From the NCBI GenBank assembly GCA_001600815.1, contig BCKZ01000022.1, positions 276,982 to 340,981 of the forward strand: 64,000 bases of DNA, read 5' to 3'. The DNA is from Alloascoidea hylecoeti (lineage: Eukaryota). How positions within the stretch are numbered: position 1 is the stretch's first letter; the number at the start of each line of letters is the position of its first letter. Below, one piece after another: positions 23,377 to 36,460 of the stretch. The notes under the pieces were generated by a model that did no database searches, had not been told where the DNA came from, and saw only the letters and a program-made list of their open reading frames with translations. The translations under genes and the position numbers were made by a program.

Positions 23377-25130
23377 ATGTATGAGATGGACGCACCTCCT
23401 GTTCCCGCCAAGCCCCCCAAACAGTTCTCCTCCACCGCAGGCTCGCGGGCTGTCCACGAGTTCCTGCACATGTCCCCGTCTGCGCCCCCGGCTGCACCCT
23501 CGGGCACGAGACCCGGCCTGAACTCCTCGCGTCTGATGGGGCCCCGGCTGCCTACCACCGCTTCCTACTCCACCAACTCCCAGATTGCGATCGGGAACCC
23601 TTCTCGGCCACCCCCCCCTCCGCCGGTCCGAGGGCCTGAAGGGACGCTGGCCTCCCCCGTGCGGACCCCCCACAAATCCCAGTCGTTCCAATCGCTGCGG
23701 GCGATGACGCGCAGGGCTCCTTCAATCAGAGGGCAACCCATTAGGGTCATACGGTCGCCCTCGCCAGTGTCTCCTTCGTTCCCACAGAACCATGCCCACC
23801 CCACACTCCCCCACGCGCCTGTCCACGGGCACTCCCCCATCGCCACAGGGCTTATATCTCCCCGGAGGAACGACAGACTGCAGCCAGAAAGACTGCCAGA
23901 AAGACTGCCAGAGCGGGTACCTTCTACAGTCTACGACGCCTTCTCCTACGATGATCTGTTCTCGTCCTACACGGATCTCCCCCTGCCGTCTCTGCCCCCT
24001 TTTGACCCCCAGCCCATGCAAAACCCCCTCCCAGAACACGTGCCATCCCCCCAGACCCCAGACGAAAACCCTGCCCCTCTGTCTTTACCCACCCTGCCAA
24101 AGTTTGAGGAGGTTTACACTTATTCCTCGCTGGATCCCAAAGCAAGACCACGTGACATCAAAAGATCCCAAACCGATGGTTCCGTTCGGTCTAGACCTGT
24201 CCCGATAATGATACCTAATAGATCAAGTGTACCAGTCAATACTTCAATTGGAATGTCAATGACTCCATCTCGTTCAACCCCAAATATTAATGAAGTTCCA
24301 CAAATAACTATAAACAGTAAAAATAATTTTGCACTTGATAGACCTTTAGAAAAATTAGGTCCTTCATTACGTAATAATGATAGATGTTATAGTTTATCAA
24401 CAATTTCTTCAAATTCAACCTCATCAACTTCATTTACAACTTCATCATCAACCATAGGAAATAAGTTAGATTTACCAAAAATTCCAGAGACTAAAAAAAT
24501 TTTTAAATGTAAAAAAATAACATCGGAACAATATGAAAATTGTAAAGAAATTTGGTCATTAAATTCAATTTTTAATTGGTTAATTTTAATATGGGATTAT
24601 TCAATTGAAACATCAAAAAATGAATTAGTTTTAACAATTGGTAATTTATTTACTCATAATATACCAACATTAAATGCTCTAATTGCTGAACAATTAGCAA
24701 ATGGTGTAATTAATGGTTTTATTAAAAGTGGTGGATTATTATATGAAAATTCATCAGAAAGTTCATTTACAAGTTCAGTAACAAAAAATTCTGATAAATT
24801 ATCAACTACTACAACAACAACAGTTAATCTTCAATATAAAAATGGAAATTTAGATAATTTAATTTTATATCCTACTTGTGATATTTCTGGTGTATTACCA
24901 CTTTTAACTGGTAAAGGATGTTATTCACATTGCCATTCAAATAATAAAAATAATAATAATAATGAAAATAAAGATGAAAAAAGTAATGAAATTGCAAATA
25001 TTGAAAAATTGGGAAGATGTTATAGTTTTAAATGTTCAAGGACTTTACCATTAAAAAAATCTCATTATTATATACCATCAACAAGTATTAATCCAACTGA
25101 TATATCAAGCATTAATTCTCAAAATAATGA

Positions 25131-25175
<45 letters not shown>

Positions 25176-27912
25176 GAGAAATAATAGACAAAAATTAAGT
25201 CATTCTGATCAATTTGATTTTGATTTTGATTTAAGTTTAGATTGGGTTAGTTTTTGGAATATAACAGATGATGAAATTAAAGACATTGGCTTAGATTTAG
25301 TTAAAAAACAATCTCATATTTATGATGTTATAAAAGGTGAAAAAAGATTATTAAGAAATAATGGTATTTTTTTAAATATTTATGGTGAAAGTTTAAATAA
25401 AATTATACCATCAATTGTTGATAATCAAAAATCTTTTTGGCAATCTGCTTTTGGAAATATTATACCAATTTTAAAATTACATGAAAAATATTTATTAGAA
25501 CCATTATTAGAAAGACAAGATCAACAAGGAAAATTTATTGATGGAGTTGGTGATATTTTTTTAAAATGGGTTAAAGAAGCTTATATACCATATCAAAAAT
25601 ATGCAAAAACTTTATCAAAAATAATGGATTATATTAGAAATGAAAAACAAAAAAAACAAAGTAAATTTATGGATTGGTTACATGAAATGGATAAAAATCC
25701 AATTGTTAAAAAATCTGGATTAGATCATAATAGATTATTTTCAACTGGTATAATTGGTCATGTTTTACAATATAGAATTATATTAGAAGCAATCAAATCA
25801 AAAACTTTAGAATCTGATTTACAATATCAATTAACTTCAAAAGCAATTAATGAATGTTTACAATTATCATCAAAAATTAATAATGTTTTTGCACAAGGTG
25901 AAAAGAAACAAGAATTTATTACATTATTAAGTAAAATTCATTTTAAAGATCCAAGAGATATGAGAAATTTAAATATTAGTGATACAAATAGATGTCTAAT
26001 TTATAATGGTCCAGTTTTTAGAAAAGGTTTATTATTAACCACTTATTCTTTATCATATTTAATATTATTTGATAATTTTTTATTAATTTGTGAATTAAAA
26101 GATTCAATTACTGGAAATTCAATTGCAAATAATAATTTATTAAATTTAAATAATAATGGTGGTTCTGTTGCTAATTCAAATATTATTTATAAAGTTGTTG
26201 AACAACCAATTCCAATGTCATTACTTATTTGTGAAGTTGATGGTGATGATGTTAGTACTACTAATGTTGCATTAAATGCTGCAGGATTAAGAAATTCTTT
26301 TGATTCTGGTGTTAGTCTTAATTCAGGTAATTCTTCAGAACTTCCTTCTAATAATAGCAACAGTACAATAAGTAATGGCACAACAAATGGTAGTACAGAA
26401 GCTACTTGGTATTCATTTAAAGTAACAAGACTTGGTAAAACTCCTCAAGTTTTTACATTTTATTCAAAAACTTTAGCTGAAAGAATGCATTGGTTACAAA
26501 TGATTTTAGATGCAAAGAAAAAATTTAATTATGATATATTATCAAAAAATTTTGAACCTTTTAGATTAAGAGTTTTATCAGATTATGCATTTTCTTTAGA
26601 ACAACAAGATAAACCTTTAAAAATTCCTTTATATTTTGAAGCAAATGCAGTTGATTTTGCAATTAGACAAATTGATCAAAATTATGCAAATCAAGCAAGT
26701 ATGAATGGTGATGAATCTGATATACCTGGTCCATTAATGGCTTCAAGAATAAATTGTGCTTCATCTTTTACATATAATGGTGTTGAATATACAATAATGG
26801 GTTTACAATATGGCGTTTTTATAAGTGATTCTGAAGATACAAGAGGCTGGAAAAGAACTTTAGAATTAAAAGGTGTTTCACAAATTGAAGTATTAATTAA
26901 ATTTAATGTTATTATATTATTATCTGAAAGAAATTTAATTTATTATAATTTGGATGATATAATGAATGCATTTTTAAATAATAAATTAAATCCATTATCA
27001 TTATGTAAAAAATTATCAAAACATGATGTATCATTTTTTAAAATTGGTTATTTAAATGATATAATGACATTATTTTATATGAAAAAAGAATCAGTTACTT
27101 CAACTTCAAAATTTAAAGTATTAATGCCAATTTTTGAAGAATCAAATTTATCAAATTTTAGTAAAACTGATTATTTTAGAATGATTCAAAAATTTTATGT
27201 ACAATGTGATTGTTATGATATGACTATATTTAATTCAACTTTTGTTGTTCATAGTAATAAAGGATTTGAAATTATGAGCTTAAATGCGCTACAACCACAA
27301 GCAATACCTGAATTAGTTGGATTATATTATCAAACACCAAATGAAAAGAAACAAATTCAAAATACAAAAGATTTTAATTTTGAAATTGTTAAAAAAAAAT
27401 TAAGTTATTCATCAACTTCATCAATGACATCAAAACCTTTAAAAATATTTAAAATGATAAATGCAAATGAAAATAATAATGAAAATGAAACTGAATTTTT
27501 ATTATGTTATGATGAATTTGCAATATTTTGTAATAACGTTGGTTTAATTTCAAGACCATTAATGATTAATTATTTATCAAAAGCAAAATCAATTGCTTAT
27601 CAAGATGGTTTTTTAATAATTGCAGGAATTGATTTATTAGAAATTCGTAAAGTTCAAGAATCAAAATTTGGTATTAAATCAAAAAATTTTAAAAATACAA
27701 CTGTTAAAGTTAATGATAAATTATTATTTCCAACTGTTGGATCTGTTAAACAAATTATAACAGGAAAAAATATTAAATTATTGGATACAACTGAACATCA
27801 TATTAAATTTTCATTTTGTCATCCAAGAGCTCCTGATAGACAAATTGTTGTTGAATTACTATCAAATGAATTTTATGTAGATGATGGATCTGATGCTTTA
27901 GGGGTAGAGTGA
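23377..27912 (+). CDS. TUS1: Rho1 guanine nucleotide exchange factor, Tus1/Rgf3 type (DH-PH-CNH)
   Basis: Pro-rich N-terminus; LTGKGCYS...CYSFKCSRT; DH region (KKQSHIYDVIKGE...AFGNI...IGHVLQY); PH (YLILFDNFLLI, EQPIPMSLL); CNH C-terminus (EFLLCYDEFAIFCNNVG). First ATG at 23377; the track starts at an upstream TTG. Confidence 0.85.
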
Positions 27913-29422
27913 AATAGAACAAAATAAAAAATAAAAAGTTAAAACACAAAAAAGTTATTTTCAAGCAGCAAAAAAAAAAAATTCACAAGTATATATATAA
28001 AAAAAAAAAAATATAAAATCGCTTCTTTAAAAATTTTTAAGTATATCTATATCTTATCAACTCTCCTTCTTTATTTTTTTTATTTTTGTTTTCCAATCCT
28101 AACCTTTTTATATATTCTCTGTTTTATTGATGATATCGTCTTACATTTAAAATTTAAAATTTAAAAAATCTTACAGTTGTTATTCTCTTTAATTGTCTTC
28201 TTCATCATATCATTACTATCATATAACTGTGTTATATCATAATCATATCATACCATATTATTTAAATCTTTTTCTTTTTATCATTTCTCATATAAGCTAA
28301 AAAAATTCTTGATCGAATTATTCAAAGTTATTAAATTAAATCCATTTGGTTCAAATTTTTTTCTTTCTCTGCTCTGCGCCCTGGCCTGGTTTGTATTTTG
28401 ATTTTGATTTTGGCATTATATAGACGTTTTAATGACTTTTTAGAATCATCTTATAATTTATAAGTATATAGAATTATAGGTTCTAATACAGCTCTAATAA
28501 TATTATTTATTTAATTTTGTCCTTATATTTATAGATATTGGTATATGCCTATATAATTTGTGTTTCAAATTTAGAGATCATAGTTACTTGTATTAATCGT
28601 TAAAAAGAAAACGTTTTATTTTGTCAAAAGAAAGCTACAGGGACACCGAAAATTGTTACATTTCAATCACAAATTATCAAACCAACCAATGAATATAAAT
28701 CCTACTAAAATCCACTTAATCTTAAAATTCCAATAATATATGTTATATATATATTTTTGCAAAGATAGTCTTAGCGCTCTTCTACGATGTAACCTATCAA
28801 CTAGCTCCAAGCTTCCAACATGCTGGTTAACTCCAGAAAATTAAGTGTAGTTACTCTATTTCCTCTCTTAGAAGTCTGAATTCCACTTAGAATAGTTTTT
28901 AGGGACTCTGCAAGTTGAGATAATAAAGTTTGCTAACTAGACGATTTGTCCAAATGCGAAAATCATCATCAGACATCTCATACCTTTTCAAGTTTTCTAG
29001 CCATGATTCGTGGATTTATACCGTTCATGTAAGTTCTCATATAAAATGAAATTTTCCTGAATTTTTGGTTACTTACTTACCCAAACTTCTCCGAACTATG
29101 ATGATATCTTTTGAATTCCAGTTGTTGCAGACCCTGGCCGAATCTTTTTAGCGGTTATAGCTTCAGTTCTCTCCATCTTGAATATTTTAATAAAAGCCTG
29201 TAGCTAACTACATTAATTATTTATTTGCGCAAGGTAAGAACACTTAATAACTTCATTGTATAATGAATAAACTAGTTATTATTAATATAAAATATAAATT
29301 AAATCTAAATTCTTTCTCTATAATGATATTTGCTTCTTAAATATATATATTGTAAAATATGGATCTAAAACGTCCTTATAATAATATAATCATAGGTATT
29401 CCTGATATAAAGTTCTAAAGAG

Positions 29423-30100
29423 TCAATTCTGATATTCAACAGGATCAGCCTTTTTAATGACTTTAGCTGGAACACCAACAGCAACACTAAATGATGGAAT
29501 ATCTTTAGTAACAACTGATCCAGATCCAATTGTAACTCCATCTCCAATAGTGACTCCAGGATTAATACAAGCTCCAGCTCCAATCCAACAATCTCTTCCA
29601 ATCTTAATAGGTAATGCAAATTCCATATTTTCTTGTCTTGATTTAACATCTGTACTTAAATGAGTTGCAGTACAAATTGAAACATTTGGTCCAAACATCG
29701 TTCTATCTCCAATTTGAACAATTGAACAATCTAAAATTGTTAAATTATAATTACCATAAACTCTTTCTCCAATAATTATATTTGGTCCATAATCAACATT
29801 TAATGGTGGTTCAAGAAATGTATCTTTACCAACTTTACCAAATAATTGTTTTAATACATCCAATCTTGAATTCTCAACATCTTCCCATTTATTATCAACC
29901 GTTGGTAAAATTGAATTGAATTTAGAAGTTAATACTCGTCCATAATGTCTTGCTGCTGTTAATTTCTCTGTACCAGCTGAATACATCTCTCCTGTTATCA
30001 TCTTAATAAATTCTATATCATCTCGAAATTTAATATTTGTATCTAATTGTTCAGCTAATGAAATAATCTCGGCCTTTTCTTGTTGTGAAAGACCTGGCAT
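29423..30100 (-). CDS. Maltose/galactoside O-acetyltransferase (left-handed beta-helix, YJL218W-like)
   Basis: KMITGEMY Mac N-domain, EPPLNVDYGPNI, hexapeptide repeats (IGRDCWIGAGACINPGVTIGDGVTIGSGSVVTKDIP), VGVPAKVIK. Confidence 0.93.
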   Translation of the reverse strand: MPGLSQQEKAEIISLAEQLDTNIKFRDDIEFIKMITGEMYSAGTEKLTAARHYGRVLTSKFNSILPTVDNKWEDVENSRLDVLKQLFGKVGKDTFLEPPLNVDYGPNIIIGERVYGNYNLTILDCSIVQIGDRTMFGPNVSICTATHLSTDVKSRQENMEFALPIKIGRDCWIGAGACINPGVTIGDGVTIGSGSVVTKDIPSFSVAVGVPAKVIKKADPVEYQN

Positions 30101-31721
30101 TTTATATATTTTAAAGATTTTTATAAATTTTAAATTGATAATTTACAATAATTGATAAATTTTCTTCTTATATACTAATAATTGAAATATATTTGTACAC
30201 GTAGAAGCTTATCATCTGAGAGCTGATCATACATAATAATGACAATTCTCTCAATTAAGTTTTAGCTTACAGAGAATATCTCATACCGGACTATATTCTA
30301 CACTTGTACCCTGTATTGAAATATGTAAGATTTATCTCATTTTTTTACTGAAGATAAGAGCGTCATCTACGTATAGTTTGACTTTGTCAATATGATATAT
30401 TTGTTGCAAGTTATTTCTTTATATATCCTAATCTATTTAATTAGTCTAAACTAAGATGGGTTTAGAGTTTTTGATATACAAGGATGAAATCCTGATGACA
30501 TTTATACGTACTATATCTACTAAGTTGTGATCATTACGTTTATTAGTTAATGGTATGGAAAGTAAATACCAAATGATGAACTCATTAATTTGATAAGTAA
30601 AATATAATTTATGATTTAACTGTTTTTCTTTTTAATATTCTTAAATTTTACAAACGTTATGGAGAAAGAACTATGATTAAATCCATATATTGATTTCAAT
30701 TTAAAATCCTGATGGCTTAAAGTTTGTTTACATTTAATTGAAGGTACGATTTATAATTATAGGGATGAGTAATTGAGAGTTACCGAGCTTTATTACACAG
30801 CTGAGAAATCTATTGAACGTCAACTTGTTGAGTATAACCTGTTTTATAGCTAACGCAAGATCTGATTCAACCTGCAAGATAGTGGCATCACATCACTATC
30901 CTCCTTTCTTTCACTATTTTCAAAAAAAAGTATAACTCTCTAAGATATACTATTATTTCTCAATATAATGACTTGTCAATTGCAAAATGTTCCCGCTTTT
31001 CTTCAACTGATTCTTTATTGACTACTTTAGTCGAAGCGGCTACACGTCCCCACTAACTTCATTTGTCTTCCTCCCACTTTCAATCACAATTAATTCCACA
31101 AATTATAACTATAAAGTGAAACCGGAAACAGGTAGGAGATATAAAAAGTTTAGATCTTTTGAACCCCTCTTAAACTTTGTTAGGTTTCAAAAATATCTAG
31201 TTAAAAGAGGAAGTAAATAATATATATATATTCGACTTCTATTAAATTGTAATTATAAGGTTATAAATTTTGGATATCATATGACAGAGTTAATATCTAT
31301 AGTTAATAATTATAATAGGTCAAATTGGATTATAAATCCATGATTCTTTCAATATATATCAATGAGATGATTCACTCAAATTTACCTCTTGATTTATGAA
31401 TATAAGCACTTACTTTAGGACGTAGAATATCAACTTGTAGAGTCACCAATATTTTTTTATCAACTTCTTTTTCAAAGTATTTAAGTTTAATTCAAAAAGA
31501 AAGAAAAGGAAAAGAAAGTGGAAAGAAAAGAAAAATAGGAGCATAAAAATTATGTTTGGTAATCTGTTTAACACACACAATGTGGAGCTGCATTGTTAAT
31601 GAATTGCCACTTTTTGAATAACATGACATTCATCCACTTTTTGAATAGCGAATAAATTAAATGCTGATTATTATTATTCTTAGTATTCCCAATCTCTATT
31701 TCTCCCTTTTTATCACCTTAC

Positions 31722-31772
31722 ACAAAATTGTTTATAATATCGTTACAAAATTGTTTATAATATCGTTACAAA
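31722..31772. repeat. Perfect 23-bp tandem duplication
   Basis: CAAAATTGTTTATAATATCGTTA twice, then CAAAA. Confidence 0.9.
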
Positions 31773-32199
31773 AATGTTACTTTTTAAGAATATTTCTAAA
31801 TTGGAATCTGAAATTGTTCCAGCGAGTTGATTATAAAGCTTCTTCACTAGAGCAAAATCCCATGAATATTCAAATAATTCCAATTACAATTACAATTACA
31901 ATTAAAGAGCCGCTGCACATTTTTAGATTTAACGTAATTATGATTATCAGCTTAATAACACCCAAGGAAAACAAGAAACTCATTTAGTGTCTCACTGACA
32001 CTTTTAATATGCTTTTTGATTAGGTATATGTAAGTTTATAGTATAAAGAAAGGTGTGGTTTTTTTTTTTTTTCATATGTGTACGATGTCTCGAATTCACC
32101 AATCTTAGAAATTCCAAGGTTTTGAAGCTCTGCTTTATACTGATCATCCTCTTGATATGAAAATAGAGAAATATAGGTATGAGAATAATTTATGTAGCA

Positions 32200-33353
32200 T
32201 AAATGCACGTCAGGGCTAATGTTGTGCTCTAACCGAAACCTCCATAACGTTTAATCATACCATTTCTTTAATGAAACAGTTATCACTTTTACTATGAAAT
32301 ACCAATAGTAGTATTCTGGCGGATTAAACTTGTTTGATTCATCTTTCGCCATCTGAGTGGAGCGAGATATAAACATCGAGTGCCAGAGCTAAAAGGTCTA
32401 TTACCTAATCCTGTTAGAAGTATTAACTGTTAGAGTTACAATTGCAAGTGAACCGCAATTCCCTATATTATTTGGAAAGTTACTGGTTCACTCTCATTTC
32501 TAAATTATGTAAGTTTAGTTAGAACCGACAAATTCTTTTCCTCGCGAGTTTGATCCATCATCGATATCATTATAATTACCTTATCTTTAATTTTCTTTTG
32601 ATAGTTTTCAATAGAATTCTCTCGATTCATCTGTATTTGCATAGTCTATTTCAAATTCTTCATCGAGCCTAATTAAGTTGTTTCTAGTAGTAATGTATAA
32701 TGAAAGCTGATAAATGGTTAATAAACATTCAACAAAAATTATTTACTAAAATATATTTTGGAGATCACACAGAAAGCAGATATAGACAGTTAAATGACAT
32801 CTTTTTAGATGCCTCTATATTATTATCATCTAACATTTTTCAAGATCCTTCTATAAGACTTATAGAATTATTATTAAGACTATGAGGAAGTAAACTTATG
32901 AACCCAATAATAAGAGAGATTATTAAACCAGATCTCTCGTATCAGCCACAGAGTTAAATAGACCATTTTTCTTGATATCGAGGAAATAATTATCCGTTAA
33001 ACCCTCTATCATTGTTCTTGAAACAGGAAGCCTAAGAATACTTTTTCGCAACACTGACCAACCACTTCTTTGATATATCCACCAGTTGAATTTTGTGTGA
33101 TACAAAATATACTATCTCGTAAAACCATTCTCCAATAGAATCCTTTGGAAATAGTGAAAAATCTAGATCTAACCCCAAAACACCTTATCATGAAAGCAAC
33201 AAAATAATTTTTCACTTTCTGCAAGAAATAAAATTTCTAAAACCCAATATTTTCTGGAAACATGGAGATAATTTTTCAAGAAACAGATTATTGTCCGGAA
33301 CAATACTTTTTCGAAAATTGATCAAGTCTTTTAAATTTTGAAACCCCCACCAT
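32200..33353 (-). pseudogene. Unidentified decayed coding region
   Basis: Several overlapping short minus-strand ORFs with coding-like composition and an internal repeat (AATACTTTTTCG at 33037 and 33302). Confidence 0.3.
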
Positions 33354-33626
33354 AACCAAAATTGATAGAAATACTTTTAGGAAGGGTATTTGAGGTATAT
33401 ATATGAAATTAGAATATCTAAGAAAAAATAAAGTAAATAAAGCTAGGTTTATGTAATATAAGCCTTCGTTTTTTCCTGTGGCTGTGAATGTTTCGGATTA
33501 TGATTTTTAGTGCTAGCTGTTAACATTACATTGAAATTCGTTAATTAACTTTGGCCATACATGTCAGGACACATCTCATCTTCTGGAGTTCGAATTACCT
33601 TCTTCCCATAAGGTCCTGCAGCTTTG

Positions 33627-34524
33627 GTGGGGTACAATTGTTTTTGTTCTCGATTAAATAATGATTGGTTTATCACTCCTAGTTGGGCCCCCATTTAATG
33701 AATATTGGATGCTTACTACTTACCCCAGTCATTTAAAAATCCAACCTAATCGCATTGTTTTAGTTGCACTATGTACATGTACATTAAAACCTGATCTTGA
33801 ACAGTAAACTGGTGAAGTACGTGCCGTCCTTCCCTTATATGTATTCAATTCGGAAAGTTGAAGTATGAAACACCATTTGCCATTGGATCGGGAGTGGGTT
33901 ATGAGGGTTAGATTTCATATTTGAGCTTTTGCCGCTGCCGCTTCACTCGCAGTTAATAAAGTAACCCCGGCTGGTTTTTATTTCCTGTTAATGGCCACGC
34001 ATAATCTTCCCTGATTCGAAATACAACAATTGCAAAACTTTTAATATAAACAAGCCATGGTATTTATTAAAACCTTAACCAGTTGACGTCAATAACTGGT
34101 AACACTTTTGGTTGTTCTATATCCCGGAGAACAATTGTAAGCTTAGCATAAGATGTAAGCTTGGAATGCTCATTGTATTATTCCAAATACAATAGTTTTC
34201 GTCATAAATTTCAAACGCTTCTGTTTTTTATTATTGGTTTTAAAAATTCCGCCCAAAGCCAGTTGTCATGGAAAGTATTAAAAATTTATCCCTATCAATG
34301 TCTCTATTTATAAGAATTTATGCACACGGAAAACAAAATCTGGGGTAAACACATAAAAATGCATAAATGCATAAACAAGATATTAGTTTTCACTTGACCG
34401 AAAAAGTTCTTTACCGATCTTTTCTTCTTAAAATTGGGGATCGTAATCATTAAATAAAAAATTATCAAATATTGTGATTAATTGAAATCAAATTTACTTA
34501 CAGATTGATATAAATATACCCCAC
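33627..34524. promoter_or_regulatory. Cluster of Mig1/CreA-type SYGGGG boxes upstream of lactonase
   Basis: GTGGGG 33627, CCCCAG 33723, CCCCGG 33965, AAAAT-CTGGGG 34340, CCCCAC 34519; TATATAAA near 34672. Confidence 0.5.
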
Positions 34525-34824
34525 GAAAAGAAAGTGTAAGTTTTTATGTTCGATTTCCCCGAGCCGGACCCTTACCCACCACTAACCGCTAATTATAATA
34601 TCCTGATTAAGCGAATCTAGGCAATAAATGTTATATCGATATTTTTGATGTATACATTCCTTGTTTTTTTATATATAAAGGACCGGATTTCCCCTTAGTG
34701 GATCTCGACTCTCTTTTTCCTCTGTATTTATATCTCTCTTTCAATTCTTAAGAAGCTTAAGTGTGCCATTACAGTTGTGTTTTATACTTCCATTTAAACG
34801 AAGCATATACAACTATTATCAATC

Positions 34825-35721
34825 ATGTCAAGAGCTCACGCTAGAGGACCATTATCGATTGTTAAAAACAACATCTTAAATGTGGCTCCTCCAGGAACAA
34901 AAGCATATATTTTAAATCTAGGGTATTTAGAGGCAGATCTTGGATTCTTTTTTCAAGGTGGTAATGCATCTTTATTAAGTCATAAAATTGAAGGTACACA
35001 ACCAGAAAGGGAACGAAAACAACTTATTATGTATGGAGTTCTTATAGATCATCCATCTGAGGGACTTATTATTTGGGAAGTTGGTCCCGGTAAACCAGGT
35101 TGGGAGGATAGATGGGCCGCTGGTACTTATGATGCATTTTGTCGGGTTAATCCAGATACAGTACAAGAACTTGATAAAGCAATTGCAGATATAGGTTATG
35201 ATATTAAAGATATTAAACATATTATTATGGGTCATTTACATATGGATCATGGTGGTGGTTTAGAATATTTTAAAGGTAGAAAAGATATTCAAATTTGGGT
35301 ATCTGAAGCAGAATTAAAATATGCATTTTGGGGTATGGCAACAGGACATGATGATAGCTGTTATTTTCCATATTATCTTGATCTTGAATTTAAATGGAAC
35401 ACTTTTAAAGATGAAACTGTTGAACTTTTCCCGGGTATAACTATTCATTTTGCTCCTGGTCATACACCTGGTTTGTCAATGATGCAGTTAAATCTTGAAA
35501 AAGAAGGGACTTTTATATTTACTTCTGATCATTGTTATTTTGAAGATAACTATGCTGGGAATGGTCAACAATTAGGTTGGTTGATGAGAGACAATACTGC
35601 TTGGTATAATTCTACACAAAAACTAAGAAGATTACAAGGAAATACTAATGGTACTGTTGTATTTGGTCATGATATTGATTGTATCAAGACCTTATTGAAG
35701 GAAAAACCATATCTTGAGTAA
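34825..35721 (+). CDS. Metallo-beta-lactamase fold hydrolase, N-acyl-homoserine lactonase (AiiA/AttM) family
   Basis: HLHMDHGGG (HxHxDH), PGHTPG, FTSDH, terminal FGHD; intronless. Confidence 0.9.
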   Translation: MSRAHARGPLSIVKNNILNVAPPGTKAYILNLGYLEADLGFFFQGGNASLLSHKIEGTQPERERKQLIMYGVLIDHPSEGLIIWEVGPGKPGWEDRWAAGTYDAFCRVNPDTVQELDKAIADIGYDIKDIKHIIMGHLHMDHGGGLEYFKGRKDIQIWVSEAELKYAFWGMATGHDDSCYFPYYLDLEFKWNTFKDETVELFPGITIHFAPGHTPGLSMMQLNLEKEGTFIFTSDHCYFEDNYAGNGQQLGWLMRDNTAWYNSTQKLRRLQGNTNGTVVFGHDIDCIKTLLKEKPYLE

Positions 35722-36460
35722 TAAATGGATATTCTTTGTAGCGTATAATATGAGAATAAAACCAGACGAATATATATAAGCATGTGTAAACTTATAATGA
35801 TATATATAATTATAATGAATATGATTTTTGGGTTTGATTTTTGAGTGGATTGGGAGTTCTAGGCTACGGATCTTTAAACAATCTGCGACGATGAGTACGT
35901 AATGTTAATTGTAGTTGATGTCATACTCTTATTCTGGATTATTCCGTTCATTATAATTCCGCGCTCTTCCTCAAAATGACAGAGACTGACAGAGAGTGAC
36001 TTTCTTTGTGGGTGAGGGATGCTTATAATGCGCCGTACAACACACATGCACACACCTTATAATCTTCACTGGTATCATGTTGAAGGCGATACGACTACAA
36101 AAATAGACATAAACAACCTAACAGGCTACTTGAATATAGGTGGAGTACATTATCTTCCTAGTTTTTCCGAATAAAACTGAGGATAAAACGTTCTCAACTA
36201 TTATTTCATTTGAGGAGTCCGAAGAGCTTTATTGCCTGGTGATGCACGTGATCGTGATTGTCTTCCTTTGAATAAACCGTCAAACTTATAAAAACTTATG
36301 GATTTGTTGGGAACTTTTTCTTCCTCCAAGAAGTGACCACAAAATAATTCTATTAACTCTTTCAACTATAAAATTTATACATTATTGACATATTTATATA
36401 GTTCTACGTTCAGCATTACTAATTTTAAACTCTAGAACATCTGTTGATTATAAATAACAC

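Noticed and set aside
23149..24208. Six overlapping alternative-frame and antisense ORFs at the TUS1 5' end
   Set aside because: Expected stop-codon depletion in the GC island; no recognisable domains.
25134..25170. (AAT)n poly-Asn tracts in TUS1 (also in SYO1)
   Set aside because: Common slippage repeats in AT-rich yeast coding sequence.
21439..29663. Duplicated MLNQDKK... and MTLAGTP... ORFs at both acetyltransferase copies
   Set aside because: Alternative-frame and antisense shadows, duplicated only because the host gene is duplicated.
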